Assembly (NCBI RefSeq): GCF_018350175.1
Contig: NC_058368.1
Location: 232,688,001-232,752,000 of the forward strand
Length of the DNA: 64,000 bases
Direction: 5' to 3'
DNA from: Felis catus
Lineage: Eukaryota
A model generated the notes under the pieces. It was not told where the DNA came from, ran no database searches, and saw only the letters and a list, made by a program, of their open reading frames with translations. Of the stretch, positions 49,387 through 61,864 are shown piece after piece. Position numbers and translations under genes: made by a program. Numbering within the stretch: the stretch's first letter is position 1; every line of letters begins with the position of its first letter.

Positions 49387-49541
49387 CTTTTCTTTTCTTT
49401 TCTTTTTTCTTTTCTTTCCTCTTCTCTTCTCTTCTCTTCTCTCCTCTTCTCTTTTCTTTTCCTTCTCTCCTTCTCCTTCTTCCCTTTCTCTTCTGTATTC
49501 TTCTTCTTCTTCTTCTTCTTCTTCTTCTTCTTCTTCTTCCT
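49326..49541. repeat. Compound polypyrimidine microsatellite (CTTTT)n/(CTCTT)n/(TTC)n
   Basis: ~215 bp, almost purine-free on the + strand. Confidence 0.95.
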
Positions 49542-49627
49542 CTATTTTACATTTTCTATCTCTTCCATAAAATGGTGATCCTTGAGGACATACTTCATGT
49601 CTTGTCCATAGCTGAATCCCTACTTTT

Positions 49628-49842
49628 AAAATTTTTTTTCAACGTTTATTTATTTTTAGGACAGAGAGAGACAGAGCATGAACGGGGGAGGGGCAGAGAG
49701 AGAGGGGGACACAGAATCGGAAACAGGCTCCAGGTTCTGAGCCATCAGCCCAGAGCCTGACGCGGGGCTCGAACCCACGGACCGCGAGATCGTGACCTGG
49801 CTGAAGTCGGACGCTTAACCGACTGCGCCACCCAGGCGCCCC
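49628..49842 (-). mobile_element. Young SINEC_Fc-type Can-SINE
   Basis: TSD tgaatccctactttt at 49613-49627 and 49843-49857. Confidence 0.97.
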
Positions 49843-50234
49843 TGAATCCCTACTTTTTAGTCCAGTTTCTAGGAGCTGTTGGCCCAAGTAAATGTGTGTC
49901 ACATTTAATTTAATTCCTTTTAGTATCCATGTGTCCTTCTCAGCCCTATGGCTTCAGGGCTGGGACTTTTCCTTTCCTTCAGGGAGGGACTTTTCCTAAA
50001 CATTGTGAATCTCCCAGACTGGTACACAGTATCTGCTAGACAACAGTTTCCTAAAAAAGTGTTTATGTGTATTACATGAATTGATTAATAAAAGTCAGAA
50101 AAAAAAGTCTAACTAGGTAGAAGGAGTACTAGAATGGAATGGGGACACCTGGATTTGAGTACTGTGTCTGTGACATAAGTTTTTAACAAGCTACTTTTCC
50201 TCTTAGGTGGTCCACCGCATGTTAGGTTCCCAAA

Positions 50235-50312
50235 TTCCAGAGTCCAAATGCCTGGGTTTAAATGCTGGCTCTGCCATTTAACAGACACGTGACCTTAGAA
50301 AGTAGCTTAACA
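50235..50312 (+). mobile_element. MIR fragment
   Basis: 'gcctgggtttaaat.ctggctctgccattta...gtgacctt.g..agt..cttaac'. Confidence 0.75.
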
Positions 50313-50544
50313 GAGGAAACATTACTACAGTTTGATGACTTCCAGTTCTTTCTATGTGGAGCACACTCAAGGCCAAAATCCTTAGCCTCATGCAATTAGA
50401 TGGGGACTTGAGACAAGTTCTGGCCAATGGACTCTATAGAACTTTGTCTGTTTTGGTCCAAAACATGTAAGAATTGGTGCATGACATTCAGCTCTCTCTT
50501 TTTTTCCACAGTGATAAGAAAGACACAAAGGGAAAAAAAAAACA

Positions 50545-50950
50545 TGTAGAAAAATTTACACAAATAATAAATGTCCAGGTTTCTGAATTATCACAAAATA
50601 AACACAACCATATAACTGCCAGGCAGATCAAGAAATATGATATTACCAGCATCAGGACAAACTCTTTATGCAAATTTCCATTCTTAACCCCTTTCTCCTC
50701 TCTGAGTTAATGATTATCCCAGCTCCTAACACCATGGATTTCCTTTGCCTACTTGCTTCAACAGTCCATGTGTGCTCTTTCATTTCTGGCTTTTTTTCAC
50801 TCGGCATCACATCTGTGAGATGCACCCATGTTGTCTTCCATGGAATTACTTCCCTCATTTCCATTGATGTAGCGTATGCTGTTGTATATAACATCAAAAT
50901 TTTTATAGTCATTCAACCATTGGTGGGCGTTTAGATATTTCTAATTTGAG
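50545..50950 (-). mobile_element. L1ME-like 3' fragment
   Basis: 'agatcaagaaatatgatattaccagcatc', 'tctggcttttttt.cactc.gcatca..tctgtgagat.cacccatgttg'. Confidence 0.75.
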
Positions 50951-50959
50951 AGATGCAGC

Positions 50960-51256
50960 CATCCTCCAAAGCTACTACTGTCTTCAGGCTGTTGACGTAT
51001 TCAGGCCAGAGGCCACTCAGGTCTTCGTCAGGCTGTCCTCTCCATCAACACGACCATGCACGAGCAACCAGAGACAGAGTGCCGGCAAGACAAAGTTCAT
51101 AATCCTTATAACCTAATTTTGGAAGGGAGATCCAATAGCTTCGGCAGTGTTATATATACTCAGTCCAGCCCCGGCTCAAGGGGACTGGGCTACATGGTGT
51201 ATGGCTACCAGGAGGTGGGGATCATTGGGAACCATGCCAAAGGGTACTTACTGCAT
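50960..51256 (-). mobile_element. MaLR LTR fragment (MLT1F-like)
   Basis: 'ttataacctaattttggaag.gaga', 'ccaggaggtggggatcattggg..ccat'. Confidence 0.65.
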
Positions 51257-52719
51257 TATCTATAGACTGTTAGTCAAAGAATGTAAGAAGCCATAAAGTA
51301 CGAGATATGCTGTTATTTTATGTAGCACCAAGAAAGCAAAATTGCCAATAACCGTATTAAGATACAATTGGCTGTAGGATCACCTTAATTTTGCAATGTT
51401 AAATGTGAGAAAATACTCATTTTAGATTCAGCAAACTATGACACTGGGGGTTTACCGTGATAATCTCGACACCTCACTGTGAAACGATGTTTAATTTCCT
51501 TACCCCCTCTATGTGACACTTGAATCATGTAAGCCAGGGGCCAATATGAAATCCCCGTGATGTGGTGATAAGTTCAAAGGATTACTCATGAAGACACCAT
51601 CTTGTGCAAATGAACATTAGTATTGATATTAATTTTTTTTTGAAATCACTATGCAAGGAAACCAAGCTAGATTAACATGTTCTTGATTGATCACAAAATT
51701 GGCTAAACAAAGCATCCAGAGGTCTTGAGCATCTTGTGACACCAAACTTGATCCCATTGACTAGGATATTAATCCTTCAGCCAAAGGACCCGGAAAATGT
51801 GTGTGTGTGTGTGTGTGTGTGGGCATGTATGTGTCATCCTTGAAAAATAAGGCATAAAAGTTTTGTAATAATTTGAGAATGGGAAATAAAAATGGTATTC
51901 AGAGACTATTATAGAAGAAAGTAAGAATGAAAAAATATTCTAGACTAGGCACTCATGAGGGACTTTTACTATTGTTTTGGTTTTTCCAGTAAGGAATGAG
52001 GATATGACTTCTGTCTTTATTTCATGCTTCTGAGAGTGGTGATCCAAATGTGAGACACGTGTACCAAAAAGTGAGGAACTATTTAAAGAAATTGCCCCAC
52101 ATCCACATAATGGAACATTCTACAGCCATTTAAATTGCTGTTGCAAAATAATGTGTGACCGGGTAGAAAAAGTTTTCATCCTGTTATATTGAGCGGAAAC
52201 TGTGGCACGCTGGTCTGTACAAATATTCATATTTAAAACATAAGATGCTTATATTTACCTAAAGAGTAACGAAAATATCTATGAAACATTAATACTGATT
52301 TTCCTAGGTGGGAGATTGTTATGAATTTTTCTTTTCTCCTTTGAAGATAGAAAAATTTTCATATATATTTATGCTTATAACTTTCAAAATAAATTAGCTT
52401 GCTAACAAGACTCGTTAACAATATCCCATGCAGGATGGAGACATGATCAATAGATGAACATGTAAAAAGTAAATCAATGTGATGACTCATTTGCTATTTT
52501 AATTTTAAAACAGGAAAGCATTCTCTCTTTGAAATAATTAAGTGACATAGAAATTGTTATGAACACATTTTATTTAAACGTATCACTGGAATCCGGATAT
52601 TTCCTGTTAATTGCAAAATGCCATCATGCACAAATCACGTGTTTCCTGTGCAGTTCAGAGTTGATTCTGTTTTCGTATTTTGAGGTATGCGTTTTGTCAT
52701 ATCCAGAAATTTAATTTCA

Positions 52720-53220
52720 TTGAGAGCTCATGGGCAAATGGATAGGCAATTCATACATGAGGAAACTCGCATGTCTGATGGATGGAAAGATCTCCAACTT
52801 TGATGGGTATTGAACACACACAAACTCAGTTGAGAAACAATGTCTCACCCATCATTTTGCAACATTTCAGAGGTTCGACAATATCTCGCATTGATGAGGT
52901 GTCAGGAAATGCAAATAGGGCTATAAATTGGAGCTGCCATGGAGCCAAACAGTCATGGCGTCTCGTTTCAATGTGTGTTTTCTGTACCCCAGCGGTGGTC
53001 TACACTCCAGAAACCGCACATGGGCCCAAGAGCAGACTCACAAAAATATTCACCGCAGCACTGCTTCCAAAAACTCACAAGAGAAACAGTCTGAATGTCT
53101 GTTAACGTATTATTAAATAAGACATATTTATGCAGTGCAATATTATACTGTAGTTAAGATACACTGGCCAGTTCTAAAGGTATCCCCAAATTAGATCTAA
53201 AAACATTATCAGGAGTGAAA
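52720..53220 (+). mobile_element. Very old L1 ORF2-end fragment (L1ME-like)
   Basis: 'aggcaattcatacatgaggaaact', 'caaaaatattcaccgcagcactg'. Confidence 0.6.
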
Positions 53221-53229
53221 CAGAATTTT

Positions 53230-54345
53230 AGACTTTCAATTAAAGATGGCTGAAGGAACAGAGAAAACAGGCGAGAACTATCAGTAAGACGACTAAGAAA
53301 AAACTGTGCAGACTTGAAAGATGAGAGTTTCTCAATTTCAACGCACCGTGGCTTGCAAAGCACAATAGCCGAAAATAGAACCATACCAGGGATGACATTG
53401 TGAATTTTCAGGAAAACAGCATTGTTTTGTTTTGGTTTTGTAAAGAATGAAGCGAAAAACCCCTAAAAGGTACAGAAAAGAATGCTTTCCGGGTTCTGAG
53501 GAAACAGTCTTAGCATCTTCGATTTCTGCAGCAAGGGAAACTGTGTGTCAGGTGCAAGAGAGGAATCGAGACACTTCAGACAGGCAGGTTCTCAAAGGTT
53601 TCACGCCCCTTGCACCTTGTCCCAGGAAGCTACTAGAAAACATGCTCTACACAATCCAAGAAAATGGGAAGAATGGACAAGGAAGTTCAGGAAATGGGGT
53701 GTCCATCATTAGGGGGAGGGGAAGGGGGTCCCAGGACGGGGGCCTGGGCAGCACACCTAGAGAGGAAGCAGTCCAGATGATCGGGAGCCGGTCAGAGGGC
53801 TCGGAGCATGACGTTGATAGTGGCTTGGAACATAGCAACACAGATTTATACAAGGGGAGAAGAGTCTGGGGTAGAAAAGTGATAAACACATAAGGGAGAG
53901 ATGAAAATGAGATCATATGCAAGAAGAAAAAAATTGAAATGTACTATACAAAAACCTATGAATAGCAGGCATCTAATGTGACGGAAGTACTAATAAATAT
54001 CGACCTAAGCAAAATTGTGACACAAGCGTATTTGAAAGATGAAAGCAAGGAGAAGATGTGTATGCAGGAAAGGCAAGGTCAGCGTGAGGACGTGTGCAGG
54101 AGAGCCCATCGCTTCTGTCACAGGGTGCGTCGGCAGATTGGGTTGAAAACCAAAGGATAAAGAGCAAGGATATAAGCGTAATTCTTAGTGACCTGGAAAT
54201 AAACACCAAAACAAAACAAAACAAAAAAACAAACTAACAAATAACAGCTAAAATTGTTGAATATACATGATTTGGGGGAGAAGGGTTTAGGGGGTACATT
54301 GTGGTGGGGAGCTCCCAATGTTTACAAAGTTACCAATCAACTTTG
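53230..54345 (+). mobile_element. HAL1 (half-L1) fragment with ORF1p C-terminal remnant
   Basis: ORF 53447-53893 contains DTSDRQVLKGFTPLAPCPRKLLENML, resembling the L1 ORF1p C-terminus; DNA 'cagacaggcaggttctcaaa...caggaagctactagaaaacatgctc' is HAL1-like. Confidence 0.72.
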
Positions 54346-54364
54346 TAAGAATTATTGGACTCTT

Positions 54365-54594
54365 GGGGCATCTGGGTGGCTCAGTCAGTTAAGCATCCGA
54401 CTTCAGCTCAGGTCGTGATCTCACAATCAGTGAGTTCGGGCCCCGTGTCCGTCTCTGTGCTGACAGGTCAGAGCCTGGAACCTGCTTCGGATTCCATGTC
54501 TCCCTCTCTCTGCCCCTCCTACTCATGCTCTCTCTCTCTCTCTCCCTCTCTCTCTCAAAGATAAATAAACATTTAAAACAATAAAAAATACGAA
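54365..54594 (+). mobile_element. Can-SINE
   Basis: Perfect 18-bp TSD aagaattattggactctt at 54347-54364 and 54595-54612. Confidence 0.95.
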
Positions 54595-54718
54595 AAGAAT
54601 TATTGGACTCTTTAAATGTTGTGCTGTGTAACTATTTTAAATATTGCAAATAATTTAAAGTTATTTAAAAATTATGTTAAAATAAGCTTGAATAAATTTA
54701 AAACACAAAATGGATTGT

Positions 54719-54908
54719 TTTTAGTTTATTTATTTATTTATTTATTTATTTATTTTGAGAGAGTGAGAGCTTGTGGGGAAGGGCCGGAGGGAAAGGGAGA
54801 CCGAGAATCCCAAGCAGGCTCCAGACTGTCAATGCAGAGCCCAATGTGGGGCTTAAACCCATGAACTGTAAGACCATGACCTGAGTTGAAATCAAGAGTT
54901 GGTCACTT
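54719..54908 (-). mobile_element. Can-SINE lacking its first ~25 nt
   Basis: (TTTA)n tail and body, ending at aagagttggtcactt where the next SINE begins. Confidence 0.9.
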
Positions 54909-54909
54909 T

Positions 54910-55110
54910 GGATGTCCGGGTGGCTCATTCAGTTAAGTGTCCGACTCCTCTTGATATCGGCTCAGATCATGATCTCGTGGTTCGTGAGCTCGAGCTCCCC
55001 ATCGGGCTTTACGCTGACAGCACGGAGCCTATTGGGATTCTTTCTCTGTCTCTGCTCCTCCCCCACTTGAACTCTCTCTCTCTCTCTCTCTCTTTCTAAA
55101 TAAACAGTAA
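54910..55110 (+). mobile_element. Can-SINE joined head-to-head with the previous SINE
   Basis: ggatgtccgggtggctcattcagttaag head, (CT)n, aaataaac. Confidence 0.9.
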
Positions 55111-55874
55111 CATTTTAATATTTTAAATATTAAATTTTAATTATTAAAATACATTTTAACATTTTAAAGATTAAATAATGTAAGTATTAAAATGCATTTA
55201 AAATAAATGCAAGGAAAATTAAAAATAAAAGTAAAGGTTTTATGTGTAATTTTTAATTAATAATAAATTTATAAATATAGCCCTGCCTGCACGTGCAGAC
55301 TCGCATAGGTGCACACATAGGTATGACTAATGGTGGACCACAAAGTAAAGACTTAGCCCAAAAGACAAGGTGCACGTCAGCTGTAGGGGAGTGGTGGTCT
55401 CTGGGTGGGAAGGAGAACATCGGGATAGGGAGAAAGGGCACATTGGTTATCTTTTCCAGCTGAGCTGCTTTTAAAATAATTTTGTACCTTGTGTCCTTGT
55501 TCAGAAAGTGGGTAAGTCAAGGTGAGTTGGAGCAGTGGTGAGTGGTCTAAACCTGCCACTTGGACACAATGGTTGAGGAGGGTCCACTTCCGTCTCTAGA
55601 AATCTCTTTACTACCCAGACCTGGCATTTCCACACACACCTTTCCATTGGAGTCTCGTCCTCTCTGTGGGGCCCTTTGAGTTCTGTCCAGGAGAAAGTCA
55701 GTGGGAAAACTCAAGACTAACCCTCTCTAGCAGAAATGGCCTGTGCCAGACCTTAGACCCTCCATTGTCAGGGATCGCCAAGGATACAGCCATAGCCCAA
55801 AAGGATGCTTATTTTCTATCTACCACTGCCACTCTGAAATAAGGCATCTTCCCCAAAGCTTCTTTCTTATTTTG

Positions 55875-56314
55875 TTATTTTTTAAAAAATGCTTATTTAT
55901 TTATTTGGGGGCAGGTAGGGCACAGGGCCAGAGAGAGAATCCCAAGCGGGCTCCACACTCAGCACAGAGCCTGATGCGGGGTTCAATCTCACATCCATGA
56001 GATCATGACCTGAGCAGAAATTAAGAGTTGGACTCTTGGGGCGCCTGGGTGGCTCAGTCGGTTAAGCATCTGACTTCGGCTCAGGTCATGATCTCACAGT
56101 TTGTGAGTTCGAGTCCCGCATGGGTCTCTGTGCTCTCAGTCCAGAGCCTGGAGCCTGCTTCAGATTCTGTCTCCCTCTCTCGCTGCCCCTCCCCCAATCA
56201 CTCTCTCTCTCTGTCTCTCTCTCTCTGTCTCTGTCTCTCAAAAAATGAATAGACGTTAACAATTTTTTTTAAAAAGAGTTGGACTCTTAACCGACCAAGC
56301 TATCTGGGTGCCCC
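55875..56314 (-). mobile_element. Can-SINE split by a nested SINE
   Basis: Body 55875-56037; head remainder aaccgaccaagctatctgggtgcccc at 56289-56314. Confidence 0.9.
56038..56273 (+). mobile_element. Can-SINE nested in an antisense SINE
   Basis: Perfect TSD aagagttggactctt at 56023-56037 and 56274-56288. Confidence 0.95.
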
Positions 56315-56804
56315 AAACACCCCCTTTTTTTAAAAAAAAAAAACCAGGGATTTCTTCACCCAAACTTTAATATGAAAATGTATGAAAAATGTCCACAAAC
56401 TACTTATGCATTCCTGTGAACAAGCCTCTATTACCTTTATAAATAGAGTATACTATATGTAGCCAAAATGTCAAAGTAATATCAGCATTAAATATCCCCT
56501 TCTATACTTAGTTGATAACCACAGGCACCCAGAAGGCCCATCCTTTCTTGGGACCTTTTCCAGAACTTCCCTCAGGGCCCTTGCACCTACATTGCAGGGA
56601 TAAGAATATTGGCTTTTACGGATTGAAATTCTTGGAATTTTTCACATTACTATTCCTATCAGAATAGTTATGTCTGCCAGCCCAGCCCCAATCAATAACA
56701 TTCCTCATATTTATAGGTTCTAGACTACTTGCTGGGGATGTCGATATGAGTGGCTAAGACTGAGTCATTGCTTTCGAAGATGATGGTGGCAAAATCTACT
56801 TTTT

Positions 56805-57008
56805 AACAAAATTTTATTTGTATTTATTTTGAGAGAGAAAGAGCAGGGGAGAGGCAGAGAGAGGGAGAGGGAGGGACAGATTCCCAAGCAGGCTCTGCAC
56901 CTGCCACGCAAAGCCCAGCCGCGGGGCTCGATCCACACACTGTGAGATCATGACCTGAGACAAAATCAAGAGTGAGGTGCTTAACTGAATGAGCCACCCA
57001 GGCACTCC
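56805..57008 (-). mobile_element. Can-SINE
   Basis: TSD aaaatctactttt on both sides. Confidence 0.94.
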
Positions 57009-57059
57009 TAAAATCTACTTTTTAGGAAAGAAAAACAGGACAGACCTAGACTAGATGCC

Positions 57060-57460
57060 TTTTAATATCCATCATCCTAAACTTCTGACTCAATTGTTTG
57101 CTGAAAGCTTTCAAGCCCCACCCTCTTGCTTTCCCTCTTGCCCCAAATCTGGGTAAACCGACGAGAAACCCATGACACCCACGCTGGGCTTGCCAGGAAG
57201 TTCAAACACACGAGACTCAGCTGCCCTGTCCCCACCCCATAACCACTGTTCACCCCAAGGCCACTACCTTTCCTGCTTCCTCACCCTACTCCAGACCTGC
57301 CTGAGAGCCTGTGCTGCCCTCCCGGGAAGGCATCAGTAACTGTGAGTCCTAAGTCCTGGCATAACCTCCTAGTGCATATGGATAGCATCATCGGTCTTGG
57401 CATCTGAACCCCATTTTGTTAGGAAGAAGGACTTGATAGCCTTGACACAGGTGGCCACAA
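57060..57460 (+). mobile_element. ERVL-class LTR (MER74/MER54-like)
   Basis: 'gccccaaatctgggtaaac.ga..agaaa', 'ggaagttcaaac', 'gcatcatc.gtct.ggcatctgaacc..attttg'. Confidence 0.6.
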
Positions 57461-59714
57461 AGTAATCTCCTTCACTGGATGAGACCACTGAAGACAGTTT
57501 CAGGAGAAAGCATTTCTTTGGAAGAACACCAAAGAACACTCGTGTGTGTCTGGATTGACAGAGCTACAGTAAATAAAAATGGAGACGGTTTTCCCCCAGA
57601 TTCCTACTCATCTGCTCTCCAGCAGGGCAGGAATGATGCCCTTCACCTCCACAGAGCCAGGACATGGGCCATTCAGAGGTGAGGCGTGTCTTCCCCTGGT
57701 CCGGTGAGGAGCCTCTAGGCCAGCACGTCCACCACCGGACACGTCATATCTGGGGGGAGACAGGGTTCTCAGCAATTTGCAGTCGATCCGCAGTCCGTTT
57801 GCACCTGAATTTTGGGAATGGAGGGACATCCAAGCACTAGGGGCTTTTTAAATGAGGGATCTCTATTCAACTAAGGACATCTGGGTTCCCTCATTTGCTG
57901 GCCAGAAAAGAGCAATCAGACGGCAGATGTCCCGAGAAACTGCCACTCTGGATTAAATCAAACTGATGCCTTGGAGAGGTGCGATCCGTATCCCGTCACT
58001 AGCCTCCTGGGCCGAGTAGAATTTCTCAGCACTACTGTTGTTCTTTTTCTTAAAGCACAAATTCAACTTGGAAGAGGAATATTGCAGTTTCGTTGAAATC
58101 TAAGCAAGGGGTGTTCACTCTGGGGACACTTCGTCACCTTGGTGTTTTTATAAGCTTTTTGAATTTCCAGTTCAGGTTAAAGACAACTAGGACAGTATTT
58201 ATAAGCAGCCACTTAACCTCAGCCTCTGCAGTTCATAAACATAGAGCCAGGCAAATCTCTGTATATACCTACATAAGAAAGTGCATTTCCTAAACCCAAA
58301 GAATTTCATCCCTGCGCGTACCCACGCACACACACACACACACACCCCCCATAACCAAGAATAGAAGTTAAAGTTCTGAAAAAATTCTGAAAAGTAGAAC
58401 CACCTAGAGTAATTCCTTTGTTTATCCAGGGAATATTACTGGGAAGTATAAATTCCAGGAAAGGGTTACCTACTTCTGTTCTGGGTGGGGGTTATGTCCA
58501 TGGATAGGAGTCAGGTTTTCTGAATTGCGATGATGGCTTTATATCCTTGACTTCACCCACTGGTGGTCAAGATTGACCAAAGATTGGTGTAATTATAGTG
58601 CCTCCTCACTTAGATGTCTAGAATGGTTACATTTATATTTTGCCTTCAATTTAAATTACACTCTTCTATTTTGCCTGTATAAAACTTCCCTACCAATATC
58701 AATAAATTAAGCTTTCTGCTGGTCATAAAACAATAAGAAAGTATATAAAATAAAACTAGAATGAAACGCAGCACTTAAATAGTTTTCAACAATTAACAAA
58801 AAAAAAACGTATTAAAAAAACAACGGGGCTCAACAAATGAAAAAAAAATTTAAAAACCACCCACGCTGGGATCAGTATGATTGGAATTATATGATTTAAC
58901 AAGCCAGGAAAGTTTAATTAAGTAAAAGATAAAAGTGATGGGATGCTGCATTCCTTTTAAATTCTATTTTTATTGCAGCTTATTAAAGAAACATATGGAC
59001 AATCCAAATGTAGAATATGAATTTTTAAAATTTCATAATAAGGTTGCAAATCAAGATGATGTATTTAATAAAATTCTCCATTAAAATTTCAGTTTTCCAA
59101 AGAACTCCTTTCTTTTGTAATACAGTTATTGTCAGTTCAATTAATTAAACTTCAGCAGAAAATCAAAATAACGTTTTCGGGAATTGCGTTGAAATGCCAT
59201 GACGTCCCCATAATATGTTGCATAGGGACGCAGACTTTCCATCCTGGTGTCCAACATGGGCACACTCCTGGCTGGCTGGACCATCAGTCCGACCTGCTGG
59301 GGTATTTCTGATGTTCAGTATATGAGTGAATTTCTCCAGTGCCCTCAAGCTTTTAATAGAGGCCTTCAATGGAGTCTCTGAGATTAATTTGTCAATAATC
59401 TTCCTCCGCAAAAAGGTTTTGTTATTTCCTCAATTTTAGTGGATTTTAAAACTTAAGAAACAAATCAGATTGAAAGCCCCTGAGGTATCAAATTCAAAAC
59501 TGCACAGGACAGAGCAAAATATTCCAAAATAAATTATTTTACAATGCTCATAGCACACACATTAAATGAGACCAGCCCTATGGAAAAGCTACTTTGTTCC
59601 AATAAAAATATTCTGAAGTCACTTGGGATGCCAAAGAGATCATCATTTTGGACTCATTTTAAATCTATTAAAAATTGCATATATTTAAATATATATAATG
59701 TGTTTATAAATGTG

Positions 59715-59837
59715 TAATACAATTTTAAAATCAGAATTATGTATATTTAAGGGGTACAGCATGATAGTTTGGTACACATATACCCAGTGAAACACACTAC
59801 AGTTAAGCTCATTAATATGTCCACCTTCTCACATAGT

Positions 59838-59843
<6 letters not shown>
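59715..59843 (-). mobile_element. L1MA/MB-like extreme 3' end
   Basis: 'tatatttaaggggtacagcatgat...tacatatacccagtgaaa...ctcacatagttac'. Confidence 0.8.

Positions 59844-59879
<36 letters not shown>
59844..59879. repeat. (TG)n microsatellite
   Basis: Direct reading. Confidence 0.95.
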
Positions 59880-59882
<3 letters not shown>

Positions 59883-61864
59883 AGGACTAGGGACCCAGGG
59901 GTGGCCTTGGGGTCTCTGAGCCGTGCAGATTAGCAAGCCCGGTCTGCTGTTCCCTCACGAGAGAAGCACATGATCCCGTGGTTCGGATGTCTCTAAGGCA
60001 GCAGCAGTCAGGTGCTCCGTGTGGTTTTGGAAAAAGGGTCTGGATGCGGAATGTCCTGGCCTTCCCTCAGAAGCCCTGGCCCTCTTTGATGTCCGGGGTG
60101 ACCTTGCAGCTTGGTGGATTGATCACACAGCTTGAAGCAATTACTCTTACTTATCCTCTGAGACCAGATGGTGAGGCCGGCCATGGTTTGTATCTCTCTA
60201 TATTCGTTTATGCTGACATCCACACCCCCTCGCTCTGTGTTTTATCAAAACGGATCTCCCCCCTGCTTCAGTTTCTCAGGTGGAGCCTCGGACAGAGTCT
60301 GGCCGCCCGGCCTCCAGGAGGACTGGGGGAACTCTCAGAAGTCTGGACCTTGGGTGTAGGGCTGACCCGAGAGGTTGCCTCATCTGGATTCACAGAAGAG
60401 GTCCCAAATCAATTAGGCAGGATCAAAGCTCACAGCCATTTGGTCAGATGAGACTTGGCAGGGTCTTAACTCCAAGAGAGGGAAGCCGGGGTTCGCAGGG
60501 ATCTGCAACTCTGTGTTCCAGAAGGATGTGGGCCGTGCAGGGTCGGGGAGAGGGGGTCAGGAAGCGGAGAGATGCAATCTGTCTCCCCTCCCCTGCTGCA
60601 GACTCAGATCTCGTGGCCTCAGGGTAGTTCCCTTCCCCACGTGCCTTTGTTTCTTGGTGGCCTTCTTGTCTGATAAGAGCTACTTAATAACCAACATCTG
60701 GAAGAAGGTGGCAAGCATGGGGGGTCTCTTCATCTTTCCTAGTTTCCGCGAAGCTGAGTTTAGCATTTCTCTGACTCTCCGAAGCTCTGTACCAAAATAA
60801 GACCGAAACATCATGCCAAGCAGTTGACAAAACGTTCCTGGAATTTCTACACTCAAGTACAGGAAACAAGAGGCCAAGTATCACTCGGGTTATTATCTAA
60901 GCGATTCTCCTGTGCTTTTCACATGAACTCACTGCTTCCAGTGAAGCGACACCCACGTGCTTTGGGGGTGGACCCGGCTTCACTCGACTCTCTGAGGCTC
61001 TCCCACGAGGACTCTAAGGAAGAGTCTCCTGATTCTCAGGAAAGAACATTCTAGAGTTACGTGGTGGTGACGCTGGCACCGAATGGTACGCATTGGAAGG
61101 GCAACTTTGCGATACATGAACCACATCTCCGTTCTAAAAGGACGTTCAACTGAACTGCTCTCACGACGTGCAAAAAACGTCCTTTTGAAAAATTCTTAAA
61201 TAAACTGAAATATATTTTTATATATTTTATACATTTTGAAATAAACTGAAACATGATGGGGGGAGGGGAGAAGAGAGGAAAATCCCTAGAAATATCAGAC
61301 CCTTGACAGGTAGGAAATTAAGGGGGAAATAATAATTAAAGTTACTAAACAAGGAAGAGTGTAGTGAATATACATATATATATATAACGTCACCATGAGA
61401 AACATTAGTCCGCCAGCCACTTTCCAATCCCAGTCCGGCCAAACAGAGGGCTCCGATCTGTGAATTCATCCTTTATCCTGTGTTGTATTAAACATGATCT
61501 CTCTTGTGCCCTACTTCTCAGTGGAGACGTGATCCCCAGAGAAAAGCCCTCTAAAATCATCTCATTTCGTAGCAACGTGACGATTGTCAATGAACTACTG
61601 TCTCTTGCTCTTCATACATGGTTTCTTTTTGCCTTGAAATTCCCAGGGCATGACTGTGCAAGTACTAATATTCCTGGAGTGAAGAAGGTGTCAATGTGGC
61701 CCGGGGCTTTATAGTTTCAGACAAATTAGCAAAACAAACAAACAAACAAACAACCCTTAGAAGTGTGAATTATAATGCATCCAGTCCTGTTCTATGATTA
61801 TTTCTCTTCTTACATAATCTTCAGAAAGACTTGAAAGCAGAAAATGGACATGATGTAGGGCCAT

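Noticed and set aside
49280..49760. Hydrophobic F/L/S-rich ORFs resembling membrane proteins (similar cases at 10647, 30288-30556, 38328)
   Set aside because: They are translations of microsatellite or low-complexity tracts.
2054..49902. Recurring ORFs such as GAPGWRSRLSVRLQPGHDLAV.. and ..RETEHERGRGRERGRHRIGNRLQA.. that look like a multicopy small-protein family
   Set aside because: They are translations of SINEC_Fc copies on the two strands and coincide exactly with TSD-flanked SINEs.
53447..53893. 148-aa ORF
   Set aside because: It is a decayed HAL1/L1 ORF1 remnant with only a short homologous patch, not a host gene.
59978..60451. Longest ORF in the window (157 aa)
   Set aside because: It has a GTG start, no recognisable domain, overlapping ORFs in other frames, and no supporting exon structure. 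It is consistent with chance in GC-richer DNA.
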